The translations under genes were made by a program, and so were the position numbers. From Candidatus Oxydemutator sp. (GTDB lineage Bacteria; Pseudomonadota; Gammaproteobacteria; Poriferisulfidales; Oxydemutatoraceae), in the NCBI GenBank assembly GCA_965203445.1, contig OZ241883.1, positions 2,240,001 to 2,304,000 on the forward strand: a stretch of 64,000 nucleotides of DNA. Reading direction: 5' to 3'. Below the pieces are notes generated by a model. It was not told the origin of the DNA, made no database searches, and saw nothing but the letters and a program-made list of their open reading frames with translations. Below, piece after piece: positions 34,046 to 42,953 of this stretch (its first letter is position 1; each line of letters starts with the position of its first letter).

Positions 34046-34408
34046 TCAGTCGTCGCGCAGCGCGGTGGCCTGGGCCACCGCGTAGCGCTTCTCGGCGGAG
34101 ACGCTGACGAGCACGCGGCGGCGTTCAAAACCGCAGGGCAACACCGCGTACGGACAACCGGCGCCGTCGCGTCCGACGAAGATGTTCGCCGGGTACAGGC
34201 CACGCGCAAAACCGCGGCCGAGGGCCTTGGCAACGGCCTCCTTCAAGGCCCACTGCCGCGCGAGAAAGGCGCCCGGGTCGCGCTGTCCGGCATAGAGCAC
34301 GCGCTCGCGCCGGTGCAGGACTCTTGCGGGAAAGCGCGACGGGTGCCGCCGCAGCGCGCGTCGCACCCGCTCGATGTCGACGACGTCTATGCCGACGCCG
34401 CAGATCAC
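34046..34408 (-). CDS. acpS: Holo-ACP synthase
   Basis: GVGIDVV, WALKEAVAKALG; follows pdxJ. Confidence 0.92.
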   Translation of the reverse strand: MICGVGIDVVDIERVRRALRRHPSRFPARVLHRRERVLYAGQRDPGAFLARQWALKEAVAKALGRGFARGLYPANIFVGRDGAGCPYAVLPCGFERRRVLVSVSAEKRYAVAQATALRDD

Positions 34409-35133
34409 GGCGCCGCCATGGCCGCGCGCATACGGCGCACCGCTCCCGCCAATCCATGGAAGACCGCGTCGGCAATAATCGAGTGGCCGACGTTGAGTTC
34501 GGCGATCACCGGCACCGCGGCGACCGCGGCCACGTTGCCCAGGTGCAGGCCGTGCCCGGCGTTGACCTGCAGGCCGACGTGCGCGGCGCGCGCCGCGGCG
34601 TCCTCGATACGGCGCAACTGGCGCCGTCGCTCGGCGCCGTCGGCCAGCGCGTATTCGCCGGTATGCAGCTCGACTATCGCCGCACCCAACTTGGCGCAGC
34701 GTTCGACGACCGCGACCTCCGGCTCGACGAACAACGACACACGGATGCCGGCCTCACCCAGCGCCGCGCAGGCCTCGCCGACGCGCGCCGCGTGGGCGGC
34801 GACGTCGAGTCCGCCCTCGGTCGTCAGTTCCTCGCGCTTCTCCGGCACCAGGCAGCAGTAATCGGGCTGCACGTCGAGCGCGATCGCTATCATCTCCGCG
34901 GTCGCCGCCATCTCCAGATTCAGATGGGTCGTGATCTTCTCGCGCGCCGCGTGGACGTCGGCGTCCTGCACGTGGCGACGGTCCTCGCGCAGGTGCATCG
35001 TGATGCCGTCGGCGCCGGCCGCCTCGACGATCTCGATGGCGCGCGCAAAATCGGGGTACGGCGTGCGCCGCACCTGGCGCAGCGTCGCGACGTGATCCAC
35101 GTTGACGCCGAGGCGGGTGTCGTTCGCGCTCAC
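34405..35133 (-). CDS. pdxJ: Pyridoxine 5'-phosphate synthase
   Basis: LGVNVDHVATLRQ, HLREDRRH, TTEGGLD, NAGHGL. Confidence 0.97.
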   Translation of the reverse strand: MSANDTRLGVNVDHVATLRQVRRTPYPDFARAIEIVEAAGADGITMHLREDRRHVQDADVHAAREKITTHLNLEMAATAEMIAIALDVQPDYCCLVPEKREELTTEGGLDVAAHAARVGEACAALGEAGIRVSLFVEPEVAVVERCAKLGAAIVELHTGEYALADGAERRRQLRRIEDAAARAAHVGLQVNAGHGLHLGNVAAVAAVPVIAELNVGHSIIADAVFHGLAGAVRRMRAAMAAP

Positions 35134-35864
35134 GTCAGCCGCTGCAAATAATCGAAAATCTGCCGCGCCCGCAACACGCGCCCGCGCAGGTGGTAGTCTA
35201 TGACCGCGCGCAGCAGACGTTTGCTCTCCGGCAGGACCGCGGGCGCCCAGGTGCGTGGTTCGTCGCGCAACGCCAGCAGCGTCGCGCCTCGGCACACCGG
35301 CAAGGCGCGCGCCGCGTCGTCGTCGGCGCCCGTGGCCAGCGCCGGCCCGCGCCCCGGATAGTAACGGTAGTCGGCGTCGGCCGCGACCGGGCGCATGTCG
35401 CAATCGTGCTCCAGTTGCAGGCCGTTGCCGACCAAGTCGAGCAGGCGCAGCTCGAAATGGCGCAGCACGCGCTCGACACCGGCGCCCGCGCGGTTCGCCG
35501 GCGCCGCCAGCAAGTACAGGCATTGTCGGTACAACTCGAACAACCGGCGCGACGGACTCGCCGGCGGCGTCAACCTTACGACCAGCTCGTTGACGTACAT
35601 GCCGACCATGCGCCGGCGGGTATCGCCGAGCAGACCGACGCCGCGCGGCTCGAAGTGGCGCAGGTTGAGCAGGCTGCCGCGCCCGCTGCACGCGAGGCGC
35701 GCCGGGATGAATGGTTGCAGCGTCTTGCCGAGCAGCTTCGACGACTGGCGCGCGACGACCGTGATGCGTCCGTGGCCGGGCGTCAGAAACTGCACCAGAC
35801 TGGCGTCGTCGCGGTACGGGCGTTTGTGGATGACGAACGCCGGTTCGCCCTCGAACACGAGCAT
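35130..35864 (-). CDS. recO: DNA repair protein RecO
   Basis: AFVIHKRPYRD, LQPF, YVNEL, LRHFELRLL; era-recO-pdxJ synteny. Confidence 0.92.
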   Translation of the reverse strand: MLVFEGEPAFVIHKRPYRDDASLVQFLTPGHGRITVVARQSSKLLGKTLQPFIPARLACSGRGSLLNLRHFEPRGVGLLGDTRRRMVGMYVNELVVRLTPPASPSRRLFELYRQCLYLLAAPANRAGAGVERVLRHFELRLLDLVGNGLQLEHDCDMRPVAADADYRYYPGRGPALATGADDDAARALPVCRGATLLALRDEPRTWAPAVLPESKRLLRAVIDYHLRGRVLRARQIFDYLQRLT

Positions 35865-35868
35865 CGCC

Positions 35869-36765
35869 CTACTCCAGGTAGCCGCGCGCCACGGCCGGGT
35901 CGTCGCGCCAGCGCGGCTTGACGCGCACCGACAATTTCAGGAACACGCGCCTGCCGAAGGCGCGCTCGAGCGCCTTGCGCGCGGCCGTGCCGATCAACCC
36001 CAGACGCGCGCCGCCGGCGCCGACGACGATACCGCGCCGCCCCGGTTTGTCCACGTAAAGCACGGCCGCTATGCGCAGCAGCGACGCGCGCTCGTCGAAC
36101 GACTCGATCTCGACGTGGACGCTGTACGGAATCTCCTGGTGCAGCATCTGCATGACCTTCTCGCGGATCAATTCGGCGGCGACGAAGCACGGCGCGCGAT
36201 CGCTGGTCTGCTCCGGCGGAAACAGGAAGTCCGCCTCGGGCAGGGACTGGGCGATCTCGTTCTGCAAACGGCGAACACCCGCGCCGGTGCGCGCCGACAC
36301 CGGAACGACGCGCCTAAGGCCGTAGTCGGCGGAAAGCTTCTCGATGGCCGGCAGCAGCCGCTGCTTGTCCCTCAGAAGGTCCACCTTGTTGAACGCCAAC
36401 AGGCAGTCTTTGCCGGCTTTCCTGGCCAGCGCGAATACCGCCTCGTCGGCGGCGCCCCATTGCGGCGCGGGCGTCACCAGCACCACTAGATCCACCGCGG
36501 CGACCGCGTTCGCCGCGTTCTTGTTGAGCACGCGCGACAGGAAACCGCGGCGCCCGCGGCACAGTCCCGGCGTATCCACGAAAATGGTCTGGCTGGCGCG
36601 ATCCGTGACGATGCCGCGCACGTTGTAGCGCGTCGTCTGTGGCTTGTGCGTGACCGACGACAGGCGGCGCCCGACCAGGCGGTTGAACAGCGTGGATTTG
36701 CCGGCGTTCGGCCTGCCGGCGAGCGCCACCGTGCCACAGCGCGTCGGCGTGCGCGCCTCAGACAT
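35869..36765 (-). CDS. era: GTPase Era
   Basis: GRPNAGKST, QTTR, DTPG, NKVD, EIPY, KH domain. Confidence 0.96.
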   Translation of the reverse strand: MSEARTPTRCGTVALAGRPNAGKSTLFNRLVGRRLSSVTHKPQTTRYNVRGIVTDRASQTIFVDTPGLCRGRRGFLSRVLNKNAANAVAAVDLVVLVTPAPQWGAADEAVFALARKAGKDCLLAFNKVDLLRDKQRLLPAIEKLSADYGLRRVVPVSARTGAGVRRLQNEIAQSLPEADFLFPPEQTSDRAPCFVAAELIREKVMQMLHQEIPYSVHVEIESFDERASLLRIAAVLYVDKPGRRGIVVGAGGARLGLIGTAARKALERAFGRRVFLKLSVRVKPRWRDDPAVARGYLE

Positions 36766-37429
36766 TGGCCACGGCCTCGGTGATGCTTTGCAGCGCGGAT
36801 TCGGCGGCGCGTTGCTCGGCCTTGCGCTTCGACGCGCCGCTGCCGCAAGCCTCGAGGCGCAGATCGGAAACCCTGCACGCGACCTCGAAAAACTTCTGGC
36901 CGTCGCGTCTGTGCTCGCACAGCACCTCGTAGATCGGCAATCCGGCGCCGCGCGCCTGCGTGTATTCTTGCAACCTGCTCTTGGCGTCCTTCAGATCATC
37001 ACCGGAAAGCGACGCCAGCGGGCCGGCGAAAAGCGCGCCGACAAAGTCGCGCGCCGCCGCCAAACCGCGTTCCAGATAGAGCGCGCCGATGACGGCTTCG
37101 AGGGCGTCGGCGAGTATCGAGTCGCGCACGCCGTCGCCTTTGTCCTCGCCAGGCCCCAGCACCAGGAACTCGCCCAAGGCGACCGCACGCGCCAATTCGG
37201 ACAAGGTCTCGCCGCGCACCAGGCGCGCACGCAACTTGCTCAAGACGCCCTCATCGGCGTCGGCGAAGCGCGCGTAAAGCAGCTCGGTTACGACCAACTG
37301 CAACACCGCGTCGCCCAGAAACTCGAGACGCTCGTTGTGCGCCGCGCCGGCGCTTCTGTGGGTGACGGCCGCGCGGGACAGCGGCCGTTTCAGAAAATCC
37401 GGATCGAGCAGGTCTGATAGTTTCGGCAT
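36758..37429 (-). CDS. rnc: Ribonuclease III
   Basis: NERLEFLGDAVL, ADALEAVIGA, dsRBD. Confidence 0.97.
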   Translation of the reverse strand: MPKLSDLLDPDFLKRPLSRAAVTHRSAGAAHNERLEFLGDAVLQLVVTELLYARFADADEGVLSKLRARLVRGETLSELARAVALGEFLVLGPGEDKGDGVRDSILADALEAVIGALYLERGLAAARDFVGALFAGPLASLSGDDLKDAKSRLQEYTQARGAGLPIYEVLCEHRRDGQKFFEVACRVSDLRLEACGSGASKRKAEQRAAESALQSITEAVANV

Positions 37430-37438
37430 ATCGGCGCG

Positions 37439-38203
37439 TTAGCGAACGACTTCGCCGATCCTCGAGAAATCAAAGTGTCCGGCCGCGTAGTCCCAGTGCA
37501 TCCAGACAAAAAAAGCCTTGCCGACGAGGTTGGCTTCGGGCACGAATCCCCAGGCGCGGCTGTCGTTGCTGTTGTCGCGGTTGTCGCCCATGACGAAGTA
37601 GTGGCCGGGTGGCACGCGCCACTGGCGCGGCGGCTGAGTCACCGCCGGCGCCAGCAGCACGTCGTGCTCGGCGCCGGGCAGCGCCTCGGTTTTGCGCCGC
37701 AATTCGATCAGGTGCGACGACGGCGCCGCGGGCGCGACGCTCTCGTGCTGTGCAATCTCGCGGCCGTTGATATAGAGCCGCTTGTCGCGGTACACGAGGT
37801 GATCGCCGGGGGTGCCGATGACGCGCTTGATGTAGTCCTGCGATGCATCGTGCGGATAACGGAAAACGACGACGTCGCCGGTGCGCGGCGCGCCTGCCGG
37901 GATCAATTCGTCGTGCAGGACCGGCAGTCTCAGACCGTAGGTGTACTTGTTGACCAGGATGAAGTCGCCGATTTGCAGCGTCGGCAGCATCGAACCGGAC
38001 GGGATGCGGAAAGGTTCGACGACGAAGCTGCGCAACAGCAGGACGATCAGCAGCACCGGGAAAAACGAGCGTGCCCCGTCCACGATCCAGGCGCCGCGCG
38101 AGGCGCCACGCGCGCGCGCCGGAAACGGCAGGCGCGCGGCCAGCACGACAAGCCCGGTGAGCAGCGTCGCCAACGTCAGGAAAAATTCAAGGTCGAAATG
38201 CAT
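37439..38203 (-). CDS. lepB: Signal peptidase I
   Basis: IPSGSMLPTL, YIKRVIG, MGDNRDNSNDSR. Confidence 0.97.
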   Translation of the reverse strand: MHFDLEFFLTLATLLTGLVVLAARLPFPARARGASRGAWIVDGARSFFPVLLIVLLLRSFVVEPFRIPSGSMLPTLQIGDFILVNKYTYGLRLPVLHDELIPAGAPRTGDVVVFRYPHDASQDYIKRVIGTPGDHLVYRDKRLYINGREIAQHESVAPAAPSSHLIELRRKTEALPGAEHDVLLAPAVTQPPRQWRVPPGHYFVMGDNRDNSNDSRAWGFVPEANLVGKAFFVWMHWDYAAGHFDFSRIGEVVR

Positions 38204-38280
38204 GTGAAACCAGGAACGACGGGGGATAAAACGCGCCCGCAAAAGAAACGCCGCGGGCGTCAAACACGCGCGCATAAAAC

Positions 38281-38398
38281 GCCTGGCGGTGTCCTACTCT
38301 CACACGGGGAGGCCCCGCACTACCATCGGCGATGTGCCGTTTCACTTCCGAGTTCGGAATGGGATCGGGTGGTACCAGCACTCTATGGCCGCCAGGCA
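38281..38398 (-). rRNA. rrf: 5S rRNA, not linked to a 23S gene
   Basis: TGCCTGGCGGCCATAG...CCCATTCCGAACTCGGAAGTGAAAC...CGCCGATGGTAGT...GAGAGTAGG..CCGCCAGGC. Confidence 0.97.
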
Positions 38399-38544
38399 AA
38401 CCGGTTGTCGCGCGCTTCAATGCGTGGTGGCAATCAGATAATCCAGAAAACCCAGTATCGAGAAAAAGATGAGCGGCGAGATCATGTTCTCCGGAGGCGC
38501 TTTCGTCATCGCAATTCTCGTTTCTGGTTGATCGGTAACCGCCG

Positions 38545-38572
38545 ATTATAGCGCATCAAAAAAACATCGCAA
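38545..38572 (-). promoter_or_regulatory. Sigma70 promoter for the 5S rRNA (and possibly the lepB operon)
   Basis: TTGCGA-N16-TATAAT followed by GC-rich CGGCGG. Confidence 0.6.
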
Positions 38573-39109
38573 AACGGGATGTATGGGCTTGTCAAACCGA
38601 AGCACAAATGTCCTATTGTTTCCAAAGCGCAGATGTCCTGTTGTTGGCAGGGCTTAGCGCTTTCATGGTCTCCCCGCCAGCGTCTCCACGGGTGATCCGG
38701 CGCCGGTCTGTGGCCTGAACCGCAGCGCCGCCTGGTTGTCGCCTTATCCACTACAGATGGCAATTGTTTTGCGTCCACTGGCGCCGCCGGTGCCTCGCCC
38801 AGGCGATGCACCTAGTAGGCAGTTCGCGCGTGTTTCAGTTGTTGAGGGATTGGCTATACTGGTGATGCTACGGGAAAGCGATCGCCCTTCGATCCGAGGA
38901 GAAGTTTCAGTTGTTGAGGGACTGGCTATACTGGTGATGCTGCTATCTGCGGGCGCGCGGGCACGGGCAGATCGGGTTTCAGTTGTTGAGGGATTGGCTA
39001 TACTGGTGATGCGCCGCCGCGCGCGAGACCGACGCCGAGGATACCGCATGTTTCAGTTGTTGAGGGATTGGCTATACTGGTGATGCCGAGGGGTACGCGG
39101 GGTAGGCGC

Positions 39110-39137
39110 TTGCGGACGGGCAGGGTTGTGATACACT
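39110..39137 (+). promoter_or_regulatory. Putative sigma70 promoter inside the array insert
   Basis: TTGCGG-N16-TACACT with extended -10 TG. Confidence 0.5.
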
Positions 39138-39143
39138 TCGCCC

Positions 39144-39286
39144 GTCACTCTTTGGGATTGGTTATACTGGTTTGAGGGCGGTGACGCCATCTTCTGCGGG
39201 TGGCGGAACCGATGGCAGAAGATGTGCAAGCGTCAGGAGACCGTCCTCCTCCTGCAATTTAGTAGCCGCCCTCATTCCTTTTGTTT
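39144..39286 (+). ncRNA. Candidate structured small RNA with a degenerate half repeat
   Basis: GGGATTGGTTATACTGGT (17/18 to repeat nt 15-32); stems TGAGGGCGG/CCGCCCTCA, TGACGC/GCGTCA, CATCTTCTGC/GCAGAAGATG; T-rich end. Confidence 0.45.
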
Positions 39287-39604
39287 CGCCCTTTTTCTTT
39301 GGTACAGCAGAATCCCGACGCGGCGCCTGTCAATGTATTCCCACTTCGCGCGCAGCACGGTCACAAACACCGAGCCGTCCTCGTGCTCCTGCGCGACCCC
39401 GAGAATGGGACGCGCCTTGTCCTCGCCTCGGAACACCTTGATATAGTGCCTGCGGTATTCGCCTGGCCACGAATACCAGGCCAGCCACTCCTCGTCGGCA
39501 TCCTTCAGCGTCGGTAAATAGAAGTTTGCGTATCGCTCGCGCCAAGTGCGCCTCCCCTTTTTGCCGACGACGACGTGGGTTGCGCCCCCCCAGCCGAATC
39601 TCAC
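39272..39604 (-). CDS. PBECR2-like RNase toxin domain (phage MuF C-terminal type), standalone or a gene fragment
   Basis: H...K....RERYANFYLPTL...EEW....YRRHYIKVF...DRRRVGILLY; frame stays open to the repeat at 39636. Confidence 0.65.
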   Translation of the reverse strand: MRFGWGGATHVVVGKKGRRTWRERYANFYLPTLKDADEEWLAWYSWPGEYRRHYIKVFRGEDKARPILGVAQEHEDGSVFVTVLRAKWEYIDRRRVGILLYQRKRAKQKE

Positions 39605-42600
39605 GCCCCCGGCGGGCTCTCCCCGCGTTTTGATGGTTTCAGTTGTTGAGGGATTGGCTATACTGGTGATGCGGTCGGCGCCGGTGGCGAACCACCAGAA
39701 CTTGCGGTTTCAGTTGTTGAGGGATTGGCTATACTGGTGATGCCGAAATCCAGGGGCGCGTGCTCGCGCCCGACGACGGGTTTCAGTTGTTGAGGGATTG
39801 GCTATACTGGTGATGCAGAGGTTTCCTTTGCCGAGTTGGACAAGCGTTGGGGTTTCAGTTGTTGAGGGATTGGCTATACTGGTGATGCGCTTGTGCCAAC
39901 GCCTGCGCACGCGGCGCATTGATGTTTCAGTTGTTGAGGGATTGGCTATACTGGTGATGCCTTTTGCTCGACGCCCTGCAACATTTCCACGTTCGTTTCA
40001 GTTGTTGAGGGATTGGCTATACTGGTGATGCCGCAGCGCGCCGAAGTTCCGCAGCACCCACTCCACGTTTCAGTTGTTGAGGGATTGGCTATACTGGTGA
40101 TGCCCGGCGCCGGCAGCGCGAGCGGCGGCAGGTCAATCGTTTCAGTTGTTGAGGGATTGGCTATACTGGTGATGCCGACGACGCGCTCTACGACGCGGAG
40201 CTTCATGAGTTTCAGTTGTTGAGGGATTGGCTATACTGGTGATGCGATCGCGCAGATGCCGAAGGCCGACATCTATGGCGTTTCAGTTGTTGAGGGATTG
40301 GCTATACTGGTGATGCCGCAAGGTCAAGACTTCCGCGGCGCATAGCCGACGCCAGGCGCATAGCCGACACGGCTATACTGGTGATGCCGCAAGGTCAAGA
40401 CTTCCGCCCCAGGTTTGTGGATGTTTCAGTTGTTGAGGGATTGGCTATACTGGTGATGCTGTTTGGTGTTGTCGAGCGCGGTGGCAGAACTGGTGTTTCA
40501 GTTGTTGAGGGATTGGCTATACTGGTGATGCATACCCGCCCGGCCAATACCACTATATCCCCGGGTAGTTTCAGTTGTTGAGGGATTGGCTATACTGGTG
40601 ATGCGTCAAGTATGGGCGTTCGACGGCCTCCAGCCTATGTTTCAGTTGTTGAGGGATTGGCTATACTGGTGATGCACGGCGCAGGGGAAAACGCGCCTGA
40701 GGTTATGCCGTGTTTCAGTTGTTGAGGGATTGGCTATACTGGTGATGCGGCGCGCTGACTTTGTTCTTGGTCACCTTCGCGGTTTCAGTTGTTGAGGGAT
40801 TGGCTATACTGGTGATGCTCTCACAAACAGTCTGGCCGCGTTTCACATCCCAGTTTCAGTTGTTGAGGGATTGGCTATACTGGTGATGCCGCGTTGGCCG
40901 ACACCGCCGCGCGTGTGCTCGGCAGTTTCAGTTGTTGAGGGATTGGCTATACTGGTGATGCTGATGAAGGCGATTGTGGACATGAGGCCGGCGCCGTTTC
41001 AGTTGTTGAGGGATTGGCTATACTGGTGATGGCCGCGACTGGCGATCAATGCGTGGCGGGGAAGCCGCGTTTCAGTTGTTGAGGGATTGGCTATACTGGT
41101 GATGCTGGGTGTTCGCCAAATCGAAATACGCGGTCAACGCAGTTTCAGTTGTTGAGGGATTGGCTATACTGGTGATGCGAAGTGATCCGCAAGTTCCCCG
41201 CGCACATGACAAGTTTCAGTTGTTGAGGGATTGGCTATACTGGTGATGCCTCCAGCATGGCTTTCTGTTTCGAGTCCAGCCCGCGTTTCAGTTGTTGAGG
41301 GATTGGCTATACTGGTGATGCAGCTCTACACCTCCGTCGTGGCAAATAATGTCCGGAGTTTCAGTTGTTGAGGGATTGGCTATACTGGTGATGCTCCCGT
41401 GCGCGTTCCGCTGGTCGAAAAGAGGCGGCGTTTCAGTTGTTGAGGGATTGGCTATACTGGTGATGCTGTCGTACACGAGCGACGACGGCGACAAGTTTTA
41501 TCGTTTCAGTTGTTGAGGGATTGGCTATACTGGTGATGCATCCCGACTCGTCCGGCAGTCTTTGGGCTCAGGGGTTTCAGTTGTTGAGGGATTGGCTATA
41601 CTGGTGATGCTGCGCTCGGATGGCTGGCGGCGTCGAAGGTCTTGACGTTTCAGTTGTTGAGGGATTGGCTATACTGGTGATGCGCGGGAGGTGATGACGG
41701 CCCTTTCCGAAAACGTGTAGTTTCAGTTGTTGAGGGATTGGCTATACTGGTGATGCATAAAGCAAGGTGTTGATGAGACTATTAGTTTCGGGTTTCAGTT
41801 GTTGAGGGATTGGCTATACTGGTGATGCAATCTCGAAGTGGACATCGCCGACCTGCTGAACGAGCAGTTTCAGTTGTTGAGGGATTGGCTATACTGGTGA
41901 TGCCGTAGCCGCACAAAGATTAAACAGAAAATGGATGTTTCAGTTGTTGAGGGATTGGCTATACTGGTGATGCCGGCGCCGACCCCGCCCCCGGATCCCG
42001 TCCGCGACCGTTTCAGTTGTTGAGGGATTGGCTATACTGGTGATGCGCTGGACCTTCTGCACGAGGCGGCGGTCGGCGCAGGTTTCAGTTGTTGAGGGAT
42101 TGGCTATACTGGTGATGCGTGATGCGCGCTCTTGACCTCTTCTGCGGCGTCGGGTTTCAGTTGTTGAGGGATTGGCTATACTGGTGATGCTTAGAAGTGA
42201 AACAATTATGGTTCGAGGACGCCAGTTTCAGTTGTTGAGGGATTGGCTATACTGGTGATGCGGACGGCACGGCAATCAGAATAAAAGACGTACCGAGTTT
42301 CAGTTGTTGAGGGATTGGCTATACTGGTGATGCCGGTGATAGAGAGAATCAAGAGGGAGGAAAAGTGAGTTTCAGTTGTTGAGGGATTGGCTATACTGGT
42401 GATGCGGCACGTTTGCAGGCACGACCTTGTCGGCGGCACGTTTCAGTTGTTGAGGGATTGGCTATACTGGTGATGCGCGGCTACGCCGTTCGGCCAGGGC
42501 ACCAGGGTCTGTTTCAGTTGTTGAGGGATTGGCTATACTGGTGATGCCGGGGCCGCCGCCGACGTTCCCTTTGTCTCAACAAGTTTCAGTTGTTGAGGGA

Positions 42601-42694
42601 TTGGCTATACTGGTGATGCAGAAAGGCACGCAGAGTTCAGAGATGCTTATCGCAGTTTCAGTTGTTGAGGGATTGGCTATACTGGTGATGCCCC

Positions 42695-42727
42695 ATCCCA
42701 AGCCCTTGTTTTACAAGGGCTTGGGAT
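42695..42727. repeat. Perfect 15-bp inverted repeat right after the last CRISPR repeat (leader element or array terminator)
   Basis: ATCCCAAGCCCTTGT-TTT-ACAAGGGCTTGGGAT. Confidence 0.8.
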
Positions 42728-42784
42728 ATTTCACAGGGGGCAGAATTTTCGCAAGTAGAGCTATTGCACCAAAGCACGGCGAAT

Positions 42785-42812
42785 TTGCGAAAAGTAACGA
42801 TTGTGCTACGAT
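42785..42812 (+). promoter_or_regulatory. Promoter of tracrRNA-1
   Basis: TTGCGA-N16-TACGAT with extended -10 TG, just before the anti-repeat. Confidence 0.6.
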
Positions 42813-42818
42813 CATGAC

Positions 42819-42946
42819 TCCAGTATAGCCAATTCTTGATACTCTGTAATCATAAAAAAGTATCTTGAACGGACCTCTGCATTTTTGCACGTCTGCCTTC
42901 ACTCGATGAAGGATTAAGAAACCGCCTCCGGGCGGTTTCTTTTTTT
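42819..42946 (+). ncRNA. tracrRNA-1, Francisella II-B-type scaffold
   Basis: Anti-repeat CCAGTATAGCCAATTCTTGATACTCTG, then TAATCATAAAAAAGTATCTTGAACGGACCTCTG...CACGTCTG, close to the F. novicida tracrRNA as recalled. Confidence 0.9.
42916..42946 (+). terminator. Intrinsic terminator of tracrRNA-1, possibly also serving cas4
   Basis: AAGAAACCGCC-TCCG-GGCGGTTTCTT-TTTTT. Confidence 0.85.
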
Positions 42947-42953
42947 CCGACTC

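Larger units (their letters stand above)
38832..42691 (+). CRISPR. Type II-B-like CRISPR array: 46 full 37-bp repeats GTTTCAGTTGTTGAGGGATTGGCTATACTGGTGATGC, spacers ~33-38 bp, two anomalies
   Basis: Counted by hand; variant repeats at 38904 and 40996; 549-bp interval at 39087-39635; half repeat at 40371; 5' GTTTCAGTTG as in Francisella II-B repeats. Confidence 0.98.

Noticed and set aside
36758-37429. RNase III as a dedicated part of the CRISPR locus
   Set aside because: It is in its usual lepB-rnc-era-recO operon; proximity is probably incidental
41829-41866. Possible self-targeting spacer against dapE (CTCGAAGTGGAC at 31943-31954)
   Set aside because: Only 12 nt and not at the spacer 3' seed end; no full self match seen by eye
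38736-42902. Short ORFs with repeated VSVVEGLAILVM or ITSIANPSTTET
   Set aside because: Translations of CRISPR repeats
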